DNA of 64,000 nucleotides, taken from Phoronis australis. Taxonomy: Eukaryota > Animalia > Phoronida. The notes below the pieces were generated by a model. That model was given only the letters and a program-made list of their open reading frames with translations. It was not told the origin of the DNA and did no database searches. The position numbers and the translations under genes were made by a program. The stretch lies in NCBI GenBank assembly GCA_002633005.1, contig NMRA01000679.1, positions 145,775-209,774 of the forward strand. Reading direction: 5' to 3'. This document shows, in pieces, positions 52,702-64,000 of this stretch; within the stretch, counting starts at the first letter, position 1; every line of letters starts with the position of its first letter.

Positions 52702-55659
52702 CACGCATTGAAAACTTCACAAAATATTGCAAACGAAATCAATATATTTTGAAAACCTTGCTAAAAATATTTCAAAATTTAAAGAGACGGGAGTGGGGCG
52801 TTCGATCGAATCTCTAAAACCACCCTGGCTACGGGTCTTGATACTTGTCGGTGATAACCACTCAAAAACCGTGTTAAAGTACATATTCTAAAGACTGTCT
52901 AAATCTATGCTTTTATCGTCAAGCAACCCAAAATGTAAGTTAACGCTGAAACGGAAACCCTGCAGCGCGCAGTTGATAACGACGTCGGTGCCTATGAGAC
53001 ACGAGCTAGACGCTATTGTTTCAAAATACCATTATATTTGTTTTGGTGAAATTATTTTAAAAAACAATGGACGTATTGATATGAAATTTTCACTATTTTT
53101 TGAAAAATAATGGATTTTAATAATACATTAAATTCATAACGAAATATTGGTTAAATTTTAATGTTTTTGTCGGAACGATGGATCCGCTTTTTTGGGACAC
53201 CCTGTAAGTGAAAAAAGTTCAGATAGTGCTACAATAATCACATGTAATAAACCAAAATAAACAGAACGCTTGAGGACAGACGATTTGCTTTGATTTTTTT
53301 ACTACAAAAGGCCAAAATAAGTGTTGGCGAAGCACAAATCGTAAATATCAAAGGAAAGGTCATTCTTTGAGAATGATTTCAACTGAATCCACAAGATTTA
53401 CAACACAAACAAACATACAACAATACTAAGTATCCCAAGAAGTATTGATGCACAAATGGAATGGTGACCATTTAGAAATGCAAACAAACATTCACTCTTT
53501 TAGTTCAAGCCAGCAGTTCTCAATTACTAATTAAGTATTTATGGAGAATTTTAATTGGAAGTCTAACAACATAAGTAGAGTGACAGTATACAGTCATATT
53601 TACCTGTAGCTGTATATTGCTGAAGTTTTAAGTAACAGGCAGCGTGTCTGGCATATACTTTTACACTGACTGCTCCATGTTTTATGTCTACAATTGGTTC
53701 TAACATCTACCTGCAACATCTTTATTATATCTGACAAATCTTTTGTAGATTTCCTCCTCCGATACCCTTCTCACTGAGCCAAGAGGAGAAAAATTGCCAC
53801 GAAACATTTTGATCAGTATCCGAGATGTCATTTGTCCCTCATCAGAACCTGGCATCAGGAGGAACGTGATGGTGGGTTTCTCTTCCATCAGCTGTAACAC
53901 TAAGTTGCAACAAAAAAAAAAGCAAACACAGTGCTGGAAAAGTCCACGTCGCTTGGTTAAACCAAATGACTATAAACTATGCAATATTGCAATGGCGACT
54001 TTCAGTGGTCTCTACCATTTTTCATAGTGACAACATTTTTCGTCTACACCAATGTGGTCACGTGACCTGTTATTTCATATAGCGGGGCCTTGTTGCGGGC
54101 GAAAGCCAACACATGATACAAGTTCGGTATCACGAATGTACTGTTAGTAAATTAGGCTACTAGAACACAACTCGAAAATAGCACTTTGTATCCCGTTTCG
54201 ACGGCACGTAGAAAATCGCACTCAGGCAGTCAGGCCTAGCACTAGCAGCCAACGGCAAAGGGCGTGCATGCGGGATCAAACAAAAGAATTTTATACATCA
54301 CTCACATCCCACGATTCCAATCCAAAGAATCACCGGTTACTGTTGAATTTCTTTTCAGGAAGCGTTGGTATTTCTAGTGTTTCATCGTTTTCAGTGCGTC
54401 CTCCGACTCCAACTTAGTCCAAGGCGACTCGGCCACGCACTCCGTAATTGTTCCTCCCTCAAAGTTTACAGAGCACAAACCTCGGTTTGTGAAGACATCG
54501 ATTGTTTCTTTTATCCACTTTTCCGCGATTTTTTCCACGGAAATATAATGAAAATACACAGAGGGAATAAAAGAAAAAAACAGAAATCCGCGTTTCCACG
54601 GGAAATTCCAAGCCTTGTATTTTGCAAACATGTTGGTAACGGCATTTGCGAGAGAAATGTGTCATTTTTGAAATAGGTCTTATTTACTTATGAGCAAAAA
54701 TAGCCACACCCTTGATTTTTGAATGACTCGTTCCAAAAACTTGGTAGTAGAACAGACAGAATTTAAGGTATTTGCACGTGAGTACAGCCTGGTAAACAAG
54801 GTTCACAGTTACCTTAAAAAATATATCCACTCACACTTACACTAGACAATTATCGTTGATGGGAGGCCAAAGCTCTCCCCTGGTAAAAAACAGTGTTACC
54901 AATCAGACGGATATGATGATGCACAGTATCACAAGCAGTATAATTAAGCTCAAATTGTTCTCAACAGTCACACTGTACTGTATGAAAGTATGCTCATCAC
55001 ATTTTGCAAAATAATTAATTATAAAAAGCGGAGAATTTGCGTGAATTTAGTGTACCTTAACTTTGTAAACAGTAAGGAACACAATTGAATTACCTGTTAG
55101 GACTCCTGCCACAATGAAATGCCTTTTTGCCAGGCCATAATCGTCCCTCTTCACCTTAACTTCTCCCCTATCCTCAATCAAAAATCTCTCCTTAACTTCT
55201 TGGATTACCAGAGTTAAAAACTCTCTCCTTGGTCCACCAACATCCTCTGCAACTTCCCCACAGAATGACACATTCAAAGGAAGCCGTATGTTGGGAAGGT
55301 CCAGAATCTCCTCCACAGAAGTCTCCTAGAGGAGTTTTCTGTTTCTATTTCGGCGGTGGCACCTACAGGGGCACAGTATGTGTCGGTTATATCCAATGAC
55401 CGTCCTTGTAGAAAAGCTGCTTGGAAAGCTTTCGTGATCGTTACAGGTTCTCTACCCAGCCAATAAAACGTGGGTATATAATGCCATTCAGAAAATAATG
55501 CGTAAATACTGTGGTTGTAAAATAATCGGATTGATCTTTACCTGTTTTATGAAACCTAGGAGTGCTAGTTTTTGATTAAAAGTTTATAATTATAAAAGTG
55601 CTCGCGGAGCCATAATTTGGCCAAATTAGACATTACTAAGAATCTTTAGAATATATATA

Positions 55660-57140
55660 GGTAAATAAAACAACTAAAATGGATCATCTGAAGTTTTCGG
55701 ATATAATAACGTCCTTCGTCAACAGAAATAGAAATAAAGTAAAATCAAACACTACATGACAATTGACATTTAAGATGTGGCGTAATGAATATGATACATT
55801 GTTGCGGAAATAATTGAATGATATAATTTTTAGTTTTTATGTTTAATCCATGAGGTTCTAGTGTATTGAGCTTGTCTGTCTCCTTTGAGTCTGTGAGGAG
55901 TACTGGGGTGTTCGAGTTTTTCTATTATTTGTACAGGAAGATCTTGAACATTATGATTTTTGGAATTGAAATGATTACCTTTAGTATAAGAAATGTTTTT
56001 ATGCATTATGTTAAATCTATGATTACGAAACCGAGTTTGTAGATTATATTGAGTTTGTCCTACGTATTGGATAGAACATTTTTTACAAGGTAAATAATAT
56101 TGTTAGTGGTGCAATCAGAATAATGTTTTATTTCAAAGTTTTCATTGATTCGGGAAGACTGGAAAAAGGTGCTATAGTTGATAAAGTTACACATTTTACA
56201 CCTAGTTTTGTTGCATAGTGTGTTGCCAATAGGTTTGTCAGTTTGGTGTATATTGTCGATATTAGCTTTAACTAAATATTTTTACATTTTCTCCAAGAAA
56301 TTATAGGTGGATGAGGAAATAGGTTTTTCATTTGAGGGGAAATATGCAGCGTGGAAAGATGTTTTCTGAAGACGTGGATAATTCCGTTTAAAAATGGATT
56401 GAACATAGTTATGAATGGTATTCTATTAGTAGTATTGCCTTTTGTTTTACTTCTTAAAGACTCGTTTCCTGTAATTGAGCGGACTTTGTCAAACTGTTTG
56501 TGTATAAGATGTAAGGGGAAATGACGTTGAACTAGCTAGTGCTTGAGTTCTTTTAAACGCTTATTAAAGGAAGTTTCTTCTGAACAAATGCGTCGAATTC
56601 TTAGGCCAAGGCTATATGGAAGGCTTTTCTTGCAATGAAAGGGATGACACGAGTGATATGACAGATATTGGAGTTTGTCAGTTTCTTTACAGAATAAGTC
56701 AGCTTCTAGTTTATCATTACCAAGGATGACAGTTACATCTAAAAGTGAGACTTTATTTTGAGAAATGTCATGAGTGAACTTTATAGTAAGGTGAAATTTG
56801 TTAATATTTTCTAAAAATATATGTAATTTTTGTGGGCCATGGGTCCAGATAACAAAAGTGTCATCACTGTACCTTATCCAGAGAAGAGGTTTTTCAGAGC
56901 AGGATTTGATGAAGTTGTTTTCAAGATTTCCCATAAAAAGGTTGGCAAAAGTAGGAGCAACCCTAGTGCCCTTAGCTGTGCCTAATATTTGGAGATAGTG
57001 ATTATTATTAAAGGTAAAATGATTCATGACAAGTACATGTTCAAGAAGAGAGCGAATAAAAGATGAAGGCACATTAGGATTATTACGTTGACTAAGAAAC
57101 TTGGTTCAGGCTTCTATTCCTTCATGTTGAGGAATATTAA
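55660..57140 (-). mobile_element. Penelope-like retroelement, 5'-truncated (RT + GIY-YIG), inside the HECT pseudogene
   Basis: RT motifs YLQILGTAKGTRVAPTFANLFMG and WIRYSDDTF (ORF 56536-57072), followed by GIY-YIG NNIIYL..CKKCSIQYVGQT..RFRNH at ~56110-56010. Confidence 0.9.
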
Positions 57141-58157
57141 CCTTAGGTGATACAGATCTAAAAACTCACTCGATTATATCAGGTGTTCAAAAAAGTAACC
57201 CTGTGAAGGTAAACGACGTTTCTTTAACATTAGAACATCAGGGAATCATTTTGACTTATGAATGTGCAAAGTCGCAAATTTACATGTTTCGTAGAGTTAT
57301 TACCTCGCAAGACTCGGTGTGTTTACGGAGATTGTGAACAAAGATGTCCTTGTTACACAATGACACATCTCGACGTCTCACTAGGTTCGGCAGTAGTATC
57401 AACAGATGTATCAAGATTTGACTGAATAGGTCTGATAAATATTTTAGCCAATGACGAACTGGTCATAATTTTTTAGCTGGTCGCAATCGCAAAAGCCAGT
57501 ACTGCATTCAACTAGGTGCGACCTCCTGGACTTGTCTGCTGTCAGGAATTCAATGGCATTCCTGTACTGCATAAGCTTTTGATATGCCCTGAAGACAGTT
57601 AAAAGCAGGCAATTTGATCATCATGTTTTAGATGTATTTTGTTTTGTATATGCAGTTTTTTAAACATAGCACTACAATAAAGTAATTTGTTAACGCCACA
57701 CAAAGCTCCATCTGTTACAAAGCAAATTTGTGGGGGAAAATTTGATATCAAAAATAACTAATGAATACCATTTGGTTCCTGCTATTCTGTAAAAATTGTA
57801 AGTACTAGCTCACCGCATTTAAAAATCTTTCAGTTGAGAGGATTACAAAACAATAGGGTTTGTAAACAAATTGAATGGATTCCACATTGTCTAGCCGGCA
57901 AGCCTGGACACAACAAAGTCGACCAAATCGGCCTTGCTACTCGATTGGTTAGGACAACCCAGAATTCATTCAGTGGTATCTTCTAGTAATAATGAATGAT
58001 TTAATCGCTTGAGGGTTTGTCACAATGTTTCTGACAATTCAATAACATTTTTCGTCGGATGTATGTTGAGATGATAACTTGCACATGTACGTTATATGTG
58101 GGTGCGTAAAAACATGACATGCAGTCGGTCTTTGTTTCAGTCAGTCACTTAGCCTAA

Positions 58158-58375
58158 CCTTACCAAAAATAGCGCGGTTGCAAATTCTTACCGCGAAAGA
58201 ATAAGTAGCAAACATTGTCACAAGTTTGGCGCAAATATTACTACCAACCAGCCCTGAACACTCTGCAACATGGTTACGTACAATTATGCCAAAAGTGTGT
58301 GGCAAGTTTGCAGCTAACTGATCTTTTGCACAAACTCCTGGCATATTTCCTGCAAACTCTGCCTTTTGGTAAGGG
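58158..58375. repeat. Small MITE-like element (CCTTACCAAAA...TTTTGGTAAGG)
   Basis: 11-bp perfect terminal inverted repeat with weaker extension; TSD unclear. Confidence 0.5.
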
Positions 58376-60612
58376 ATGAGGTATTATACTGTATAGTGAG
58401 AATTTTTAGTGTCAATGATAAAATGTTTATACCTGTGAAGTGCTTTCTTCACTTCGTCTTTTGACCCAGCAGTGGGAAAGGAAACTTTCCGTTACCCTAG
58501 CCCACTCCTCTGCAGGGCCTGCTTCTCCTGAAAGCTCGGTGGGGAGTCGGCATTTCTATCGCCAAAGACAAATATTATCTTTACCAAAGTACGACATCTA
58601 CATTGAGCTCCTACAAACATTTGCCGTTTTTGATATTTGAATAAACTACTTCAAATGACTAACCCGGAAACATATTTATCAACCTATAGACATATTCACA
58701 TTCATTCCTTGATTATAATTAAAAATTGTTTGATATCACAGCAAAATTATTTAATAATATTATTTGATAGAATTTTATTCTCCATACCGCAACGAAGCTT
58801 GGCAAGTTCAAAGCTTATCACGAAGTCAGGCTAGGGCTAGTACTGATAATTGTACAGACGTTTTGTGCTAAAGGTATTGACTTACGGGCATTTCGCAGAG
58901 TTAGTACGGTGGACTAGCATTCTTTCTCTATCACAAGAATTTTAATCCCAATGCGAAAGGTGGTTTAGAACGGCCTAGATTTGGTACGGTACTTAAGTTA
59001 TTACGCTCGAAATGGACCGGACTAGCCAGCGTAACAAAGTCTTGGTCCGATTACGTAAGAGGAATGCGAAAGATTTGGTGCGGACAATTTCGCTCCACCG
59101 TACTAACTTTTCTCCCACTTCACGCGAGTGCGGAGTTCTTCCCGCCAGGATACTGACATTGCTTGCCTAAAAACTGGAGAATTGTCACGATTTGGGAGCC
59201 ACGTACAGTACGTAGTGAGTGATGCCTTTGCTATAGTGTTTTGTTTCATGACGCCGCTTTCTTGTTCCTAGGTTGTTCGACAATGTCCACTGAGACGCAA
59301 ACGAAAATTCTGGAGAGCGTACGTGCAGTAAGTCTCGTTGTCCTAAAACGTAAGATTTTTATGTTGCCGCGTCTTTTTGACGGACCACCTGATTTGGATG
59401 AATTTCTCGCGGCGAGTTACTCAGAGAACGCTCCCGTAAATATTATGTGACAACTCTCCGGCTTTGTCATTAATAACATGCACTCCCCAACTGAACTGCA
59501 ACTCCTTAATAAACGGGAAAATATGTTCAAAGGGCGCGTCTCCCCAAGATGAGGTAATTTGCCCCGCAGTTGCAACTTAATTGTGCCTACCAGATTATTC
59601 GGGCGCGCGGGCAGCTGCATAATACTCTGCTTCCCGCCCGGCATTCCGAACACTCGACGTTGTTCCTTTTTCCGTTTCAGTACTCACTTTTCATTGTACA
59701 ATTTTATAGTTAAACGTGTTTCAAAATATGAATACAAATAGCAACTGGTAGTCGGATCTCAATTACGGTACAGCGCGAGTAGCGACATCCTGTGTTTAGT
59801 AGGATGAAGCTTTAGGAGGCACAGAACAGTTCTCACTGGGTTTTGCCTAGCAAAACACACATCACTTGATTTGTAACCTTTTCTTCACTCTGTCAAAAAC
59901 AGGATGCAAAGAATGGCATGTTTTCAATTATTTCACATAAAAAGCCCAGCAGATGAGAACAGAAACTTTATTCTTTCTTGTATTTTTGACCATTTCATTC
60001 CCACTGAAAACCAAGCTAGACTAAGAAAAATAAGGGCAAAAAAATGCAAAATCGGCACTTTTCACACGAAAAACACCACTTCCCTGCCGATGCATGACTA
60101 AAACCAACCTTAGAGTCTGAAAGCAAATTTCCTACCGATTCAGAAAATGTGGTCCAAAAGTACTGTCAACCAACTAGTTTTTTGGCAATTCTTGCTTGCC
60201 TTTGAGGGCTACCTAAAATCACAGCCAATTTCTCGGTCGCTACCCAACAATGCACAATTGCAGCCGGGGGCCGCCATCTTGAAGAAGAGTGCAGCTACAG
60301 CCAAGAAAGTGGCCTTTTTTATTCACAGCATGTTCACAAATACAAACAAACCACATCCACTGAGCCTACGTGCAATGCCCACCTACAAAATGCCCCCAAA
60401 CTTGGCCTACCCAAAATTTCTATATTTTGGGGGTGCAAATTGGCTGCGGCCACAGCCTAACTATTCAGTGCCACCTTAAATCAAATCACATTTTCCAAAT
60501 TTTTTTCAGAATAGTTCCTCTCCACCTGCTGACCTAATTTGCAAAGTAAAAACTTGAAGCGATGACCGGTTTTGATTTTTCAAGCCAATTGCATGTGCCC
60601 ACCCAAAAACTG

Positions 60613-61498
60613 GAACAATCATCCTTTGAGCGGTTTCGTTGATAGAGGGATGGACGCACAAAAACAGACTCGAAAACACTAAAAATGGCGGCCACTAGGT
60701 GGCGCAAACTATGTCAAATCCATCTGAAAACGGTAGGATAACGTCATCTCACTAATAGGTGCCTACATATCAAATTTCATGAAAATCCGTTAAGGACTTG
60801 TGAAGATACAAAGGTAAGCGTTAAAAAAATTAAAATTGCCACTAGGGGGCACACCGGTAGTCGGATCCGTACAAAAGTCGTCATCTTCCGTTGTTAACAT
60901 CATATAAATATACTTACACAATTTCGTAAATATCCTGCGAACGGTTTAGGAGATACAGCCATATGCGCAAAAAAAACAAAACTGCCACTAGGAGGCGCCA
61001 CAGTAGTCGAAATCGTCAGAAAATCATCGTCAACCATCCTCTACATAGTAAGCATATACTTGCCAATTTTCACAATCATCCTTTGAGCGGTTTGGTTGAT
61101 AGAGGGGTGGACGCACAAAAAACACTAAAAATGGCCACTAGGTGGCGCAAACTACGTCGAATCCATCTGAAAACGGCAGGATAGCGTCATCTCACTAATA
61201 CGTGCCTACATACCAAATTTCATGAAAATCCGTTCAGGACTTTTGAAGATACAAAGGTAAGCGTAAAAAACTAAAATTGCCACTAGGGGGCACACCGGTA
61301 GTCGGATCCGTCCAAAAGTTCGCACATGCCGTCCCATTCATGAATGGAACATATGTGCTAAATTTCATGAACGTATGTCAAAGGGTTTTGGAGATAGAGC
61401 AGCGGACGCCGGACGCCGGACGGACGCCGCCCGGACGGACGGACGGACAGAGATGACGGCATAATGCTTCCACATATAAATATGTGGGCGCATAAAAA
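60613..61498 (+). mobile_element. HINE-like copy (3' part) with two ~443-bp units and (GGAC)n
   Basis: Same repeat unit, microsatellite and terminal hairpin as 31690-32933. Confidence 0.75.
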
Positions 61499-61953
61499 TC
61501 AGTGGCAATTCGAACTTCTCGATCGAAGGCGGCGGTCAATTCGATCCTGACTACTCAATGCTAAAGCCCGCTACGACTGTCCACACAGCGTCGAAGAATC
61601 CTCGTTGACCTCTTGCTTTTTCAAGGAAAGCTTTTTAATCTCTTTAGAACAGGAAAATGTATAATATTCGCTAAAAATTCACAGCACAACTTCTCCTACC
61701 TCGAATGAATGAGGAAGGAGTATGATACCAACAGTACTTCTCGTGTTTTTTTTTTTAGATAAATCCCTGGTTCATTAGTTAGCTAGTTAGTTTATTCACT
61801 GTAAAGAACATAAACATGCAAGGAACAACGATAACAGCTGCAAAAAAAACGAAACAGAACCATCTTTTAGTTTACGTCTATGCTGGACTATGCAACAAGT
61901 GTTCAAATAGTATGTTCATTCAAAGGTGTTTAAACATCTCCAAACGTACTTAA

Positions 61954-63615
61954 AGGAGCATGCCACCCAAAAAACAATCTAATTTGTATCAATTTAGATC
62001 GAGTAGTTCTACTCCATAACGACACGTACGGTTGCGTTATCTGACAGCAGACGGAGGTATTGAAATTATCCAATGACGTCATCAGTTTCACACGCAGTCT
62101 GTTCAGCAGTTCACAACACGGGTTACTGGTGTCAGCTTATCGCTTGAAGTCATCGTTTAACACCAATAAATCATCAAAATTCGATGAAAAACCCTTAAAA
62201 ATACACCGAGTTCTTATAAAAACGTGTTGTTTTATTTCGCTTTTACGGATTTATTGGTATTTGGACACACCGTAGCCTACTAAGTTCGGCAGGTCAATAA
62301 GGTCCGTAGCAGGAGTTTGGGATCTGTTCGGAGATAATTTCAAAGTATTTTCCGTGAGATACAGACAGGAGAACCTAGATCTGTATTGTTTAGACTTGTG
62401 ATTTTTTGAGTTCTAAACACAAAACGCTTGTTCTCCTGGCCAGTGGCTCGGAGCCCGATCAGGCCGTCGCGGCCGGCCGGATTGACTCCGCCGTTATCCC
62501 GGCCAGTGGCTCGGAAACTGATCAGACATCACGAACATCAATCAGCCAAAGTTCAGTGGAAACTAAACTTCCAGTCAATTAAATACTATACTAGTGAGCC
62601 AAAGTAATGAGCACGTGATTATGTTGGTGAATTAGCCACGAAATTGCAAATCTACTTACTCGTCGGGGGCCGCGAATTCAGGTTCCGCTTTGGCCACAGC
62701 ACCGTCAGGACAGAAGTTGTACATTGACAATCATTATTTGAGTAATGTAAATGTACATAAAGATTCCCCTAACACCTGGCCGTGGGATGGATATCGAGTT
62801 GTTTCACAACAGTTTCTTCCAGCAAACACTACATTAGCATGAGCTCACACGGCCTCGGTGTCCCGTCAATTAGTTTTATTGCACCTAAAGCCGGTGACGC
62901 AGTGATTTATTCATTGCTGGCTTCTCAAATCATTTGCACTCACGAACACTCCAAAGGCATTACAAATTGCATCTAATGAGACAGACTTTGTTTCAGTATT
63001 ATATAAGTATTGGTTGGGGTGAGAATAATTCATTTTGAAACAGAACGCTCAGTAATAAACGCAACATGGCAACTCGCAATCACGACTTAGGACGAGCTAG
63101 AGCTCATCAGTCCCGACTTCGCAGGTGGATCATTAAGTTTTACAGGCTATCAATTTGAACAGGAATACAGTGATGAAGAAATATAATACTAGAGAGACGC
63201 CGTGAACAAGCTCAGACAACGGAACGTATGGAGTTATTTGGTAAGCCGGCATTCGTAAGGCACTGTCGACGTCTGCAGGCCACAGACACGGAGATGTTTC
63301 ACGGCCTCATACTTGCTATTTACAGCGTACATTTCATTCTTCACTACCATGAGCCACTTCCTAAGCATTTCGGACTCTCGAGGAAGTAAAAAAAAAACGA
63401 TATACCGGCTTTCCTCGCAGCTGCTTAGTTCGGACAAGCGGGAACGATGCAACGCAACAGCGGCATTCACTCTGCATATGAACCGCTGACGTCGCTAGCG
63501 TCGTTTCTCACCTTCCTCACATGTTGGCAAGGTAAGGTCGACCGTATGCGAGGCCATGTGGATATAGACCGATTAAGACGGCAAAAAGACTAATTAAATC
63601 GGATGGCATTCTCCT
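61954..63615. mobile_element. Internally deleted Kolobok-type DNA transposon with THAP and KolX-like remnants
   Basis: TTAA|AGGAGCATGCCACCC ... GGATGGCATTCTCCT|TTAA. Minus-strand THAP-like FFLLP...LRKWL...LRVCGL (63234-63470) and plus-strand GYQFEQEYSDEE (~63145-63180). Confidence 0.78.
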
Positions 63616-63619
63616 TTAA

Positions 63620-63965
63620 CGACTGACACCGCATTCTGGGATCGGAAAAACTGGTCCACACTCCACACTGACAAAGCAAAAATCCGGGTGCTCATCTCGC
63701 AAAAATTGCGTTTCAAGGCATCTCAGAAAAACATGGGCTTCAGTTTGGACTTCTTGTCCGCATATACATAGTGATGTCGCTCTTCCAACGCTATCCCTCA
63801 CCACGGGGCCGTTTCAACTACCAAACTAGTGAGCATATCTATTCTCCTATTATCTGATAGTCCAGAATTTCCAATTTTACGTCCCTACAAACCTGATGTG
63901 TAGATGAATACAATTTCAATTGTTCTCTATAGGTCACGAATTTAGTCCCAGGTTCACTGTGGTCT
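63620..63965 (-). mobile_element. LINE ORF2 C-terminal zinc-knuckle fragment
   Basis: TKFVTYRE...SLVVET...LCICGQEVQTEAHVFLRC, the typical post-RT CCHC region of non-LTR elements. Confidence 0.6.
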
Positions 63966-64000
63966 GATTCCTAATCATGCGCGCAACCAGGGGGGGGGGG

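Larger units (their letters stand above)
53302..58590 (-). pseudogene. Multi-exon HECT-domain E3 ubiquitin ligase (G2E3-like family) pseudogene
   Basis: Exon ~58590-58433 (PSFQEKQALQRSGLG*RKVSF). Exon 57588-57304 (AKIFIRPIQSNLD...C..C...LRKHTESC). Exon ~55455-55094 (LNVSFCGEVAEDVGGPRREFL, HECT N-lobe motif). Exon 53891-53711. Terminal piece ending YDLCFANTYFGLL* at 53302. The catalytic-Cys segment was not found. Confidence 0.8.

Noticed and set aside
54374-54631. 85-aa minus-strand ORF inside the HECT pseudogene span
   Set aside because: No HECT motifs or compatible splice sites; probably part of an unrelated insertion.

Overview
AT-rich invertebrate animal genomic DNA; no prokaryotic operons, rRNA/tRNA genes or CRISPR arrays were seen. 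One intact host gene is present: the first 8 coding exons of an IQ-motif/ankyrin-repeat gene (IQANK1-like) on the minus strand, 40553 to 2560, with all intron phases compatible and the 3' part outside the window. The rest is a nested pile of mostly decayed transposons. These include two full-length Ty3/Gypsy LTR elements (23294-27555 +, 41004-48055 -), an intron-containing IS3/IS481-type DDE transposase pseudogene (+) facing a HECT E3-ligase pseudogene (-), two Penelope-like fragments, Kolobok-type TTAA elements, a P-like MITE, LINE fragments and Helentron/HINE-like elements. Three observations stand out. (1) The second Gypsy has a PHD finger of the H3K4me3-reader type on its integrase plus an extra zinc-finger ORF, and it sits 451 bp upstream of the host start codon. 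(2) The transposase + HECT ligase pair looks like one two-gene mobile unit. (3) HINE-like elements carry ~147-bp-periodic, co-oriented arrays of CTCF-consensus motifs. All calls come from manual reading and translation; no database searches were run.
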